This document shows, piece by piece, positions 19,159-28,241 of a DNA stretch of 40,940 nucleotides; positions within the stretch are counted from its first letter, which is position 1, and every line of letters begins with the position of its first letter. The notes below the pieces were generated by a model. That model did no database searches, had not been told where the DNA came from, and saw only the letters and a list, made by a program, of their open reading frames with translations. Source of the stretch: Methanobacteriota archaeon (GTDB taxonomy: Archaea; Halobacteriota; Methanosarcinia; Methanosarcinales; Methanogasteraceae); contig JAYEGI010000114.1 of assembly GCA_034659035.1 (NCBI GenBank), positions 1 to 40,940 on the forward strand, in the 5' to 3' direction. The translations under genes and the position numbers were made by a program.

Positions 19159-19905
19159 ATGTATCCGAATGGGAAGGTCTATCTGGTCGGCTCCGGTCCC
19201 GGCGATCCAGAACTCCTGACGATCAAGGCGCTGCGTCTTATCAAGGAGGCAGATGTGATCGTGTACGATCAGCTTCCAGGGCATGAAATACTTGCGTCGC
19301 TTCCGAAAAGCGCGGAACTGATCGATGTTGGCAAATACGCAGGCGACCACACACTTTCACAGGATGAGATCAACCGGTTGCTGGTCGATTACGCATCGCA
19401 GGAAAAGATGGTGGTTCGTCTGAAGGGCGGCGACCCATACCTATTTGGAAGGGGTGGCGAGGAAGCACTGGAGCTTCGGAAATCCGGGATTGAGTTCGAG
19501 GTGGTGCCCGGCATCACGTCTGCAATAGCGGTTCCCGCGTATGCTGGCATCCCGATCACGCACAGGGATAGCGCATCGATGGTAACGATCATTACAGGGC
19601 ATGAGCAGAAAAAAGACGGGTCGATGCTCGATTGGGAATGGCTTTCGCAGTCGTTGGGCACGCTTGTGATCCTGATGGGGGTGAGCACGCTTGGCACGTA
19701 CATCCCGGAATTAATGCGGTGTGGCAGCGACCCTGATACGCCTGTTGCGATAATCGAGCGCGGGACACGGGATGATCAGGTGGTGACCACAGGAAGTTTA
19801 AGCACGATCGTCGATATCGCAAAGGATCGCGGGGTTAAGGCACCTGCGATTGTCGTGATAGGGGATGTGGTGCAGCTGCACGATGCGCTGGGCTCGTCCG
19901 GATGA
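19159..19905 (+). CDS. cobA: Uroporphyrinogen-III C-methyltransferase
   Basis: 248-aa ORF with VYLVGSGPGDPELLT, VVYD.L, RLKGGDP.LFGRGGEE and VVPGITSA motifs. Confidence 0.9.
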   Translation: MYPNGKVYLVGSGPGDPELLTIKALRLIKEADVIVYDQLPGHEILASLPKSAELIDVGKYAGDHTLSQDEINRLLVDYASQEKMVVRLKGGDPYLFGRGGEEALELRKSGIEFEVVPGITSAIAVPAYAGIPITHRDSASMVTIITGHEQKKDGSMLDWEWLSQSLGTLVILMGVSTLGTYIPELMRCGSDPDTPVAIIERGTRDDQVVTTGSLSTIVDIAKDRGVKAPAIVVIGDVVQLHDALGSSG

Positions 19906-19929
19906 AACTTCAGATCAACAAGAGTTTTT

Positions 19930-20660
19930 GGTATCCACTTCAAAGTAGGTAGTAACCGAGGCACCATCTAAAAAATAGGAGACTTTGATAATTATAGTAG
20001 ATGCAGATTTCACGAATTTACTCCGATATTGCCTTAAATCAGTGCAATCTGCGTTAATCAGTGGCTGATATAACTTTTATCCACAGATTAACACAGATGA
20101 ACGCAGATTGATGTTTTTTTTCATACATTTTCAGAAAGGCCGAAGATGGGTTTTACCACGTTTTTTGGTAACTACTCAGGTATATTGATTGGTCCCCCGA
20201 TTGTGATCCTGTATTTTCTGGCAAGAAAAATAACCGCGGAGGGCGCAGAGGAACGCTAGAAGCACATAACTGTTTATTTCCCCTCTGCGCCTCTCTGCGG
20301 TTAAATCCCCTGTTGGTTGCAGTATGCTCCATGTCTTGGAGAGTTCCTGCATAGTTAAGTCCCCTGAATAGTGGTTTTAGGTGCCTGAGTAGTTACGTTT
20401 TTTGAAGCGGATACAGTTTTTGGCTCTCTGGTATTCCGAGTGCATGCACTTTTTCACTCTTCTGGAGGAGTCGGTTATGGCAAGGAAGATCAAACCACAG
20501 AGGATCGCAGAGAGTTGTTATCTTTATCTTTAGCCCTTTCTGTGCTCTATGTGGTTTTCCGAACTTCATTTCGAAAATATCAAAAAGTCTCCGGGGTTTT
20601 GGTCACCGCAACGCGAGATACCAAAGACCCAAGTTTTTTCGTTTAAAAGATCGCAACAAC
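19930..20660. repeat. Repeat-dense gene-free region (several hairpin repeats plus an imperfect 35-bp long-range inverted repeat)
   Basis: Hairpins: 20047-20100 (atctgcgttaatc / gattaacacagat around gtggct..atccac); 20232-20302 (aaccgcggagggcgcagagg / cctctgcgcctctctgcggtt); 20495-20554 (ccacagaggatcgcagagag / ctttctgtgctctatgtgg); 20605-20636 (ggttttggt..accaaagacc). Segment 19931-19965 matches the reverse complement of 20380-20414 at about 24 of 35 positions by eye. Confidence 0.55.
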
Positions 20661-20680
20661 GTTTCAAATAATCTTCAATC

Positions 20681-21217
20681 CTACCCTATATCGTCCCGTG
20701 CAATCTCCCTGATCCGCTCGATCCCCTTGATATTATCAATCGTCTCTGTCACAGCAGCAGGTACGAGATGTGCCCAATCCACGCCAGAGAGCATCTTTTT
20801 TCGTATAATGGTTCCTGAATAGACATCCCGCTGGTGCATTGGAGAACGCTTGACCTGAACTCCCGCTTCCTCGAACAACCGGAAAACGAGTGGATTGTTG
20901 GTATACGCGAGATCAAAATGCGGAGTCATGGACCTCACATGTGAGACCCAGACTGCATTTCGCTGTATATCCTCGATCGGAATTACGTAACAATCAATAT
21001 CCAAATCTTTCAGCGAACGTGAGACCATAACTACACGTTCGCCTGCGGTAAACGGGTTCTCTAACTCATGGCTACGCTGTGCGCTGCCTATCCCGACGAT
21101 GACTTCGTCAACCTCGCCGGCGATACTTTCAAGGACAGTATGATGCCCTATGTGATATGGCTGAAAGCGCCCGATATAAAAAGCACGGCTAATGCGCCTC
21201 TCCTTCCTTTGGCGCAT
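20681..21217 (-). CDS. nadM: Nicotinamide-nucleotide adenylyltransferase (archaeal type)
   Basis: 178-aa [18 protein letters not shown] (H-x-G-H nucleotidyltransferase motif) and the FTAGER, VWVSHV, SGT.IR pattern typical of archaeal NMNAT. The start overlaps the fpoF 3' end by 29 nt. Confidence 0.85.
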   Translation of the reverse strand: MRQRKERRISRAFYIGRFQPYHIGHHTVLESIAGEVDEVIVGIGSAQRSHELENPFTAGERVVMVSRSLKDLDIDCYVIPIEDIQRNAVWVSHVRSMTPHFDLAYTNNPLVFRLFEEAGVQVKRSPMHQRDVYSGTIIRKKMLSGVDWAHLVPAAVTETIDNIKGIERIREIARDDIG

Positions 21218-22232
21218 TACTCTTGTGCTTCATACCTGCAAGTTTCTTTATGAGGAACATTCCTGGCTTCGGATCATCCATATATTCGATGCCTTTCACC
21301 TTGTTCAGGTACTTCTCTCCGGCATCGGTTCTGACGATTACAGAGTTCCATCCGTCTGGCGCGCCGACCGATCCAACCGAGATATCTGCGTAGTAGGCTG
21401 TGTAATCGAGACAGTGGTGGCACGGGTTTCGTGCAAGCGGTGCGACTTCCTTGATCGCAACATTATGAGGTTCAGGCTCCTCGCCGTTGTCGCCGTTCTT
21501 GGTGAATGCCCAGAACTTACCTCCTCCGAAGTCCATCTTCACGACATCCTTGGGATTAAGACCCATGATATTGGGTATGATGTTTTCGCGGAGCACCTCG
21601 CTTGTGAAGCTCTCCATACAGAGAATGCCTATCACAAGCACGATTCGGTCGGTCATGTTGTCTCGCATGAGTGCTGCGCCGTGTGCCTGGCACGGCACTC
21701 CAACAACTGCGATCTTCTCGTACTTGGTCATAGCCTCCTTGAGCTGCGCAAGAACCGGTGCTGAGCTGTACTTCGTGCCCTTTGATAAATCAACATCTGA
21801 CGCCTTCGTCAGTATGAATGGCTCGATATTCCAGTCATCGTCCCGCCTGATACCGACAGCACAGTCGATCTCACCCTGCTCGAATAGGGATTTGAGAATT
21901 GCTGACACGACAGCACCGTCCTGTCCCTGAAGTTCGCTCTTCCCTCCTCTAAAGCTTCGGACATTGTCAAACTCATCCTCAGGGAATCCATCCACGACAG
22001 GACAAACCCTTGAACAAGTTAGACAGTCTTCACAGACCTCACATGCTGCGCCGTGAATGTAATAAGACAGATTATCTGGATCACGTCTGCTTGCGCTCGG
22101 GACACGCTTTTCGTCTTCTGGCACCTCTGCTTCAGACTCTATGTGAACGGCGTTTAGGGGACATGCCGCTTCGCATGCCCCGCAAGCCGTGCAGACGCCA
22201 TTCTCGATGACCTCTACAATCTTTGGCGGCAA
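21189..22232 (-). CDS. fpoF: F420H2 dehydrogenase subunit F / FrhB-family F420-binding iron-sulfur flavoprotein
   Basis: 347-aa ORF. N-terminal 2x[4Fe-4S] ferredoxin motifs ([24 protein letters not shown]), then FrhB/FdhB N- and C-domain patterns (VGVPCQ, GILC, CHHCLDY, DISVGS). Lies immediately downstream of mer; to my recollection that adjacency is conserved in Methanosarcina. Confidence 0.75.
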   Translation of the reverse strand: MPPKIVEVIENGVCTACGACEAACPLNAVHIESEAEVPEDEKRVPSASRRDPDNLSYYIHGAACEVCEDCLTCSRVCPVVDGFPEDEFDNVRSFRGGKSELQGQDGAVVSAILKSLFEQGEIDCAVGIRRDDDWNIEPFILTKASDVDLSKGTKYSSAPVLAQLKEAMTKYEKIAVVGVPCQAHGAALMRDNMTDRIVLVIGILCMESFTSEVLRENIIPNIMGLNPKDVVKMDFGGGKFWAFTKNGDNGEEPEPHNVAIKEVAPLARNPCHHCLDYTAYYADISVGSVGAPDGWNSVIVRTDAGEKYLNKVKGIEYMDDPKPGMFLIKKLAGMKHKSNAPKEGEAH

Positions 22233-22237
22233 ATCAC

Positions 22238-23224
<987 letters not shown>

Positions 23225-23399
23225 TTATCCTCCTGTTATCTAATAGGGTTAAGGTGATCGTTGGTGTAATGATTTAAAACCTTATTGGTATGGCAGTGCT
23301 GTGGTGGTTGACAGTCCCATTCCATTTTCAGTAAGGTTAATATATCAATTCATCCAACTAATACCATCTCCACTGAAATATTGTGCCGAAGGTTGCTAC

Positions 23400-23963
23400 A
23401 TGTCCCTTGAAGATATCCCAAAAACGATCAAAATCGAGAATGTGGTTGCGTCCACCTCGATAACAAGTACCATCGATCTCGAACGCGTGTCACAGTTGAT
23501 AGAGGGAGCTGAGTACAACAAAAAGAGATTTCCCGGAGCGATCTATCGCCTAAAGGAGCCAAAGCTTGCGGTTCTTGTCTTCGGAAGCGGAAAGATCGTG
23601 TGTACTGGCGCAAAGAAGATCTCAGATGTAAAGATCGGGGTAACAAAGATATTTGAGAAACTTGAAGAGATCGGGACCAGTACAGAGGGGCAGACCGAAC
23701 TCGTTTTACATAATATCGTTTCATCTGCGGACCTTGGATGCGTGATCAATCTCGATGCTGTTTCGATGGGTCTTGGGTTCGAAAACATTGAATACGAGCC
23801 GGAGCAGTTTCCGGGACTTGTTTACCGAATTAAAGAGCCGAAATCGGTTGTGTTGCTATTCGGATCTGGTAAAATGATAATCACAGGATGCAAAAGTCCG
23901 GAAGATTCGAAACTCGTCGTCATCAAAATTGTAAATGATCTCGATGAACTTGGATTGTTATGA
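23400..23963 (+). CDS. tbp: TATA-box binding protein
   Basis: Internal ATG of track ORF 23301..23963. Two TBP repeats: IENVVAS..DL..V.....AEYN...FPGAIYRLKEPK.A.LVFGSGKIVCTGAK and IVSSADLG..INLD.......NIEYEPEQFPGLVYRIKEPKSVVLLFGSGKMIITG. Confidence 0.95.
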   Translation: MSLEDIPKTIKIENVVASTSITSTIDLERVSQLIEGAEYNKKRFPGAIYRLKEPKLAVLVFGSGKIVCTGAKKISDVKIGVTKIFEKLEEIGTSTEGQTELVLHNIVSSADLGCVINLDAVSMGLGFENIEYEPEQFPGLVYRIKEPKSVVLLFGSGKMIITGCKSPEDSKLVVIKIVNDLDELGLL

Positions 23964-23973
23964 TTTGTGATCC

Positions 23974-24813
23974 ATGATCCCGATAACTGACAATCATATT
24001 CATCTCGATCGCCGGGGAAAGGGACTCATGGCGGTCAAGGAATTTGCCCGCGCGGGTGGCACACACATCATCCTTGTATCAAAGCCATCGTGGACACTTG
24101 GCATGGATATAATAAAGCCAGAGGATTACGAACAGGTCTTTGATGAGACGATCAGTATCGCGCGTGAGGTAAACCGGTCTGATATTGGAGTCACTGCGTT
24201 TACTGTGCTCGGGGTCCATCCTGCCGAGATCACGGTGCTATCCGACCGTGTGGGGCAGACGCGGGCAGAGGAGTTGATGGTTTCCGGGCTTGAGATCGCA
24301 CAGCGTTTTGTTTGTGAGAATAAGGCGATAGCCCTCAAGACCGGAAGACCACATTATGAGGTCTCTGGAAGCGCGTGGGATGCGTCCAACCGCATCATGG
24401 CTTACGGCATGACTCTCGCGCGTGATGCCGGATGCGCTGTGCAACTTCATACTGAGACTGCTGACGCGGCAGTTATCGCGGATCTTACAGCGATCGCTGC
24501 GAGATCTGGGATTTCTCCAGAAAAGGTGGTCAAGCATTATGCCCCTCCGCTGATACGCGTTTTTGAACGCGAAGGGATCTTTCCGGGAGTGCTTGCAGGC
24601 AAGGGCGCAATCGAGAGCGCACTTACAGAGGGGAGCAGGTTCATGATGGAGACTGATTACATCGACGATCCCGAGAGACCGGGCGCAGTGCTCGGGCCAA
24701 AGACTGTACCCCGGAGAACATTGCAGTTGGTCGATAAGTTCGGCGAGGAGGTTTTCTGGAAGGTGCACAAGGAGAACCCTGAGCAGGTGTATGGCATCGA
24801 GATCGTTGTATGA
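23974..24813 (+). CDS. TatD-related metal-dependent hydrolase (TIM barrel)
   Basis: 279-aa ORF. N-terminal ITDNHIHLD metal-binding motif and the internal LHTE and METDY pattern of the archaeal TatD-related family. Confidence 0.75.
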   Translation: MIPITDNHIHLDRRGKGLMAVKEFARAGGTHIILVSKPSWTLGMDIIKPEDYEQVFDETISIAREVNRSDIGVTAFTVLGVHPAEITVLSDRVGQTRAEELMVSGLEIAQRFVCENKAIALKTGRPHYEVSGSAWDASNRIMAYGMTLARDAGCAVQLHTETADAAVIADLTAIAARSGISPEKVVKHYAPPLIRVFEREGIFPGVLAGKGAIESALTEGSRFMMETDYIDDPERPGAVLGPKTVPRRTLQLVDKFGEEVFWKVHKENPEQVYGIEIVV

Positions 24814-24928
24814 GCAACTGCCCACACCGCACATCGGCCTATTTACTCACAGTTTCACAATCGCGTTTCTTAAGCACACATCGATGCATACGCCGCACGC
24901 TGTGCCTTGCTCATGATCGATCATGGCA
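24633..24928. repeat. Junction copy A: intact tatD-like 3' end + 33-nt spacer + about 80-nt rnfB 3' fragment
   Basis: 24633-24846 aligns with 30066-30265. 24847-24928 (tcacagtttcacaatcgcgtttct...) aligns with the true rnfB 3' end at 37277 onward and with 30266 and 35142. Confidence 0.8.
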
Positions 24929-25098
24929 GGTATCCAAGCCACTTATCTGTTTTGATGTAACGGAATTCTAGCTCATCCGGAATCCACGAGATTTGACGAG
25001 ATTTGGTAAGTATTATGATCGATGCCCCGCGTCTAAAAAGAAAGGACAAAAAGCGTCGACACAGGGACTTAAGGTATACCCAAAAAGAGGCTATTCCA

Positions 25099-26529
25099 AT
25101 GGATACGCAAAGTATGCTGAAACAGATGTGCAAAAGCGATATTACTGACTCCGATATAAAGGCGATCTGCAAAAGTCGTGGTTTTTCTGCCAAAGAGGCG
25201 ACTTCTCGCGACGTCTTTGAGAACTTCTTTATCTCCACGATTGGCATAAAGGAAGTACTGGACTCATTAACTTACAAGGAAGTTGTATTTCTCCACTTGC
25301 TAAGTAAGATGAAGGAGGAAGTTGGTATCACGTATTTCAAGAGACTATATGGTTGCGCAGAACTCTCAAAAGGGTATTATAATACAACTTTTACCAAGCG
25401 GTATAACGAAACAGTCAAAAAAGTGAAGAGTAATCTGGTGCGAAAGGGTGTGCTCATCGCCATAGAGCAAGAAACATATAGAAAGTCTACTAAGATGGAA
25501 CGCTTACGATTCTCTTTTCCTCCGGAATTTGGAGAATTTCTTCCACCACTCGTCAAGGCTTCCGAATTCAAAAAAGCCGGGAAGTTCAAGAGAGAAGTTC
25601 TGCGTGATAAACTGCTTGAGCTTGCGGGAAGAGAAGGAAAAAGACCATCCCCCTTATCGAACTCAGACAGAAAATCGTTCAAAATCACAATCAACGAAGG
25701 TAATCTGTCTATTGGTGGTAAACAGTTCAGATCAAAATACCTGTTGGATTGGCAGAAAGCTTGCATGCGTGTGTCTATTAAAACCGATATCGAGGAGCGC
25801 GGTTATCCCGGTTATTCAGGTTATCCGAGCGATGATATGGATCCTGTTGATGTTGTACTCTATGCAATCGCACAACTTGGAGAGCATGAATGGCTACCCG
25901 CAGACAGTCTCGAAGTGATACTCAAGATATTTACAGGAGATGATATAAATCACCCCTGCGAACAGATCTGCGAGGCGGGATGGGAGTGGGGCTGCCTTGT
26001 AAAAGTCGTGGTGGATAAAACGGCATACTACCGGTTACCTGATGATTCATTAGACGATGCAGCCGCACCAACGCCTGAACAGTACCTACAGATTGTGCCT
26101 GACGGTACGGTAGTGTTGAATCTGGTAAAAATTCCTTATGCTGCACTGGAAGTGATAGCTTCGGTTGCACTCCTGGATATTCATAACGCCAATCTGCGAG
26201 CGACCGCAAATATCATTAAGATTGGGAATACGCTCACGACGGTTCGGAAAGAAGGTGTTTTTGAGTGGCTAAGGGGGAATTCATCTGGTTTTCGAAGTGC
26301 AATTGAGATTGCTGAAAAGAGATGGGGTAAACAGATCATTCATGAAGACCTGATGGTTGCACAGGTAAAAGATCTGAGCCTCAAGGTGCAGATCGAAAAG
26401 TCATGCACCGGTTCGCAACTTGTATCGCTTCCGGATGATTATATCGCCTTTCCCTGTGGCGTTCTTCCCGCGATACAGAAAGTAGTGAGCGCGTCGGGGC
26501 ACGTGGTCAAGAAGGCGAGGAATGAATGA
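25099..26529 (+). CDS. Uncharacterised protein A of the XPB operon (wHTH-like N-terminal half, XPB-N-terminal-like module at the C-terminus)
   Basis: The track ORF begins at TTG 25003. The first ATGs are 25015 and 25099, and the latter has aagagg 8 nt upstream. The C-terminal LQIVPDGTVVLNLV...VFEWLRGNSSGFRSAIEIAEKRWGKQIIHE parallels the XPB N-terminus. The stop overlaps the next start (ATGA at 26526-26529). Confidence 0.7.
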   Translation: MDTQSMLKQMCKSDITDSDIKAICKSRGFSAKEATSRDVFENFFISTIGIKEVLDSLTYKEVVFLHLLSKMKEEVGITYFKRLYGCAELSKGYYNTTFTKRYNETVKKVKSNLVRKGVLIAIEQETYRKSTKMERLRFSFPPEFGEFLPPLVKASEFKKAGKFKREVLRDKLLELAGREGKRPSPLSNSDRKSFKITINEGNLSIGGKQFRSKYLLDWQKACMRVSIKTDIEERGYPGYSGYPSDDMDPVDVVLYAIAQLGEHEWLPADSLEVILKIFTGDDINHPCEQICEAGWEWGCLVKVVVDKTAYYRLPDDSLDDAAAPTPEQYLQIVPDGTVVLNLVKIPYAALEVIASVALLDIHNANLRATANIIKIGNTLTTVRKEGVFEWLRGNSSGFRSAIEIAEKRWGKQIIHEDLMVAQVKDLSLKVQIEKSCTGSQLVSLPDDYIAFPCGVLPAIQKVVSASGHVVKKARNE

Positions 26530-28241
26530 TGCAACCAAAACCAGACTTAACCCTGGCAGACATCGACGAGCTGAGAATTGTTTCCAACCCGTACGATCTG
26601 CGCCATGATCTACATGCTTTTGTTGAGTATGTGAAAGAGCGCGATGTAAAACGGTTGCACCGGAGTAATGAGTTGAACAAGTCCGATCAAAAACGATTGG
26701 CAAAACTCATGAGCGATTCTTGTCTGGTAGAAGAAGTAGAGGCGTACGGACGTTCTGACTGGATGAATTATGTCGATTGCCTGGCGCTTACATTCAAGTT
26801 CGTAAACTATGACACCGAGGGGCGGTATATGGGGTATTACAGCAATGAACCGTCATTTCCTGACAATTACATCGACGTTGATACCAAAAAATACGAAGAG
26901 TTCATTAATTTACCGTTAATAGAGCAGGAGAAGAAGCTTCAGGATGAAGTAGTAAAAAATTATCCCGATGGTGAAAATGAGTTTTACGAGACAAGTATAC
27001 TTGGCAGGCTATCCGGGTTCTCGACCTGGGGATCAGGGACTGGCATTATGCCCGGATTAGACTTTGGCAAAGCAAGGCGGTTTATTATCGAGGTTTTGCA
27101 ATCCTGCACACCTGGTGTTTGGTATACTACATCTTCATTGATCCGATATCTGAAAGAACATCATCCATTCTTCCTCATTCCGGAGAATCCCAAATATTCA
27201 CATAAAGAGTATGCAAAGGAGGGTCGGTATGGCAACTTTCAGGAGAAAAAGGAGAGGTGGGGCGAGAGGATGCAGATTTCAGAGGGTGATGCGGATGCGT
27301 TTGAGCGAGTAGAAGGTCGCTTTGTGGAACGGTTCCTTGAAGGATTGCCCCTCATTTTAGGATATATCGAGGTTGCCTACTCCGAAACAGAGTATAAAGG
27401 ACTTCTGCCCGAGATGAATCGGATTCTGGCGTTTCGGATCAATGATCTGTTCCTGCACGTGATGAGCCAGGAGATCATAGAACCAAAAGTCACAGTGCAG
27501 CCGAATTTTGAGATACATGTGGAATCGGAATTGTATCCGGTTCTGATTCTTACGCAACTGACAAAACTTGCGGATGTCGTAACAAAGGACAGAGCAAACA
27601 TATTAAAACTTCGAAAAAAGAAGGTTCTGACCCAATTAAGCGAGAGAGTTGATTTTGATGTGATCAAGCTCCTGGAGAAGATGAGCGGTCAGAAACTGCC
27701 ACAGAATGTTCGAATCGAACTCGAAGAGTGGGCTGGGGCTTCAGAAGCATTCACACTCTATGAGAATGTTGCGCTTCTCGAGGGAGATCGCAATTTGCCA
27801 GAACTCGACGAATTCACGATTGAATCCATATCACCTGCGATTAAGATCGTGCGTTCGCCCGACCAGTTGTTTACGTATCTTCTGCAGAAGGAGTTAATCC
27901 CTCTTCGCATAAAACATCGCTCTTCGGATTTTATGCTGCTCCCGGACGGTGCAGACACGGCGTTTCCCAGACGCGATATGGGAGTTTCAAAAGCAAAAAC
28001 AAAGACAAAAACAAAAACAAAGAAACGTATGACGATCAAACGGGAAGTCCGGATCACATTTCACTTTCCGGCAAAAGAATTGATGGAAGAATTCCGAAAC
28101 GGACTTATAACTTCCGGATGCCCGGTTGCTGCTGATTGGAGCGAATTGACACTCTCCTTTGACAAGCGTTACGAATCAGAGGTAAAGAAAGTCAGCAAGA
28201 AGCTGTTAGATTATACGATCAAAACCGAGGATATTCTATGA
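26526..28241 (+). CDS. Uncharacterised protein B of the XPB operon (contains an XPB-N-terminal-like module, a KT-repeat linker and a small C-terminal domain)
   Basis: 571-aa ORF. KVTVQPNFEIHVES...DVIKLLEKMSGQKLPQNVRIELEEWAGASEAFTLYE parallels XPB LIIQSDRTLMLEV...EITCGLEEFSRYSVPSNVIVDMREWYETYGKLVLQ. The stop overlaps the XPB start (ATGA at 28238-28241). Confidence 0.7.
   Translation: MMQPKPDLTLADIDELRIVSNPYDLRHDLHAFVEYVKERDVKRLHRSNELNKSDQKRLAKLMSDSCLVEEVEAYGRSDWMNYVDCLALTFKFVNYDTEGRYMGYYSNEPSFPDNYIDVDTKKYEEFINLPLIEQEKKLQDEVVKNYPDGENEFYETSILGRLSGFSTWGSGTGIMPGLDFGKARRFIIEVLQSCTPGVWYTTSSLIRYLKEHHPFFLIPENPKYSHKEYAKEGRYGNFQEKKERWGERMQISEGDADAFERVEGRFVERFLEGLPLILGYIEVAYSETEYKGLLPEMNRILAFRINDLFLHVMSQEIIEPKVTVQPNFEIHVESELYPVLILTQLTKLADVVTKDRANILKLRKKKVLTQLSERVDFDVIKLLEKMSGQKLPQNVRIELEEWAGASEAFTLYENVALLEGDRNLPELDEFTIESISPAIKIVRSPDQLFTYLLQKELIPLRIKHRSSDFMLLPDGADTAFPRRDMGVSKAKTKTKTKTKKRMTIKREVRITFHFPAKELMEEFRNGLITSGCPVAADWSELTLSFDKRYESEVKKVSKKLLDYTIKTEDIL

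Noticed and set aside
20440-20646. 68-aa ORF in the repeat-rich gap
   Set aside because: It is composed largely of hairpin-repeat sequence. Its translation is a by-product of the repeats.
21189-21217. 29-nt overlap between the fpoF 3' end (TAG stop) and the nadM start, considered as a possible recoding or misannotation signal
   Set aside because: There is no alternative in-frame start before the conserved [12 protein letters not shown] motif, and same-strand overlaps of this size are common. Nothing further supports recoding.
24238-25247. Minus-strand ORFs 24238..24834 (198 aa) and 24921..25247 (108 aa)
   Set aside because: The first is antisense to the tatD-like gene. The second is antisense to the 5' end of XPB-operon gene A. 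Neither shows any family signature.
27991-28026. AAAACA/AAAGAC microsatellite (encodes KAKTKTKTKTKK) considered as a phase-variation tract or a CRISPR-like repeat
   Set aside because: The units are 6 nt and in frame, so slippage would only change linker length. There are no spacers and no repeat-array architecture.
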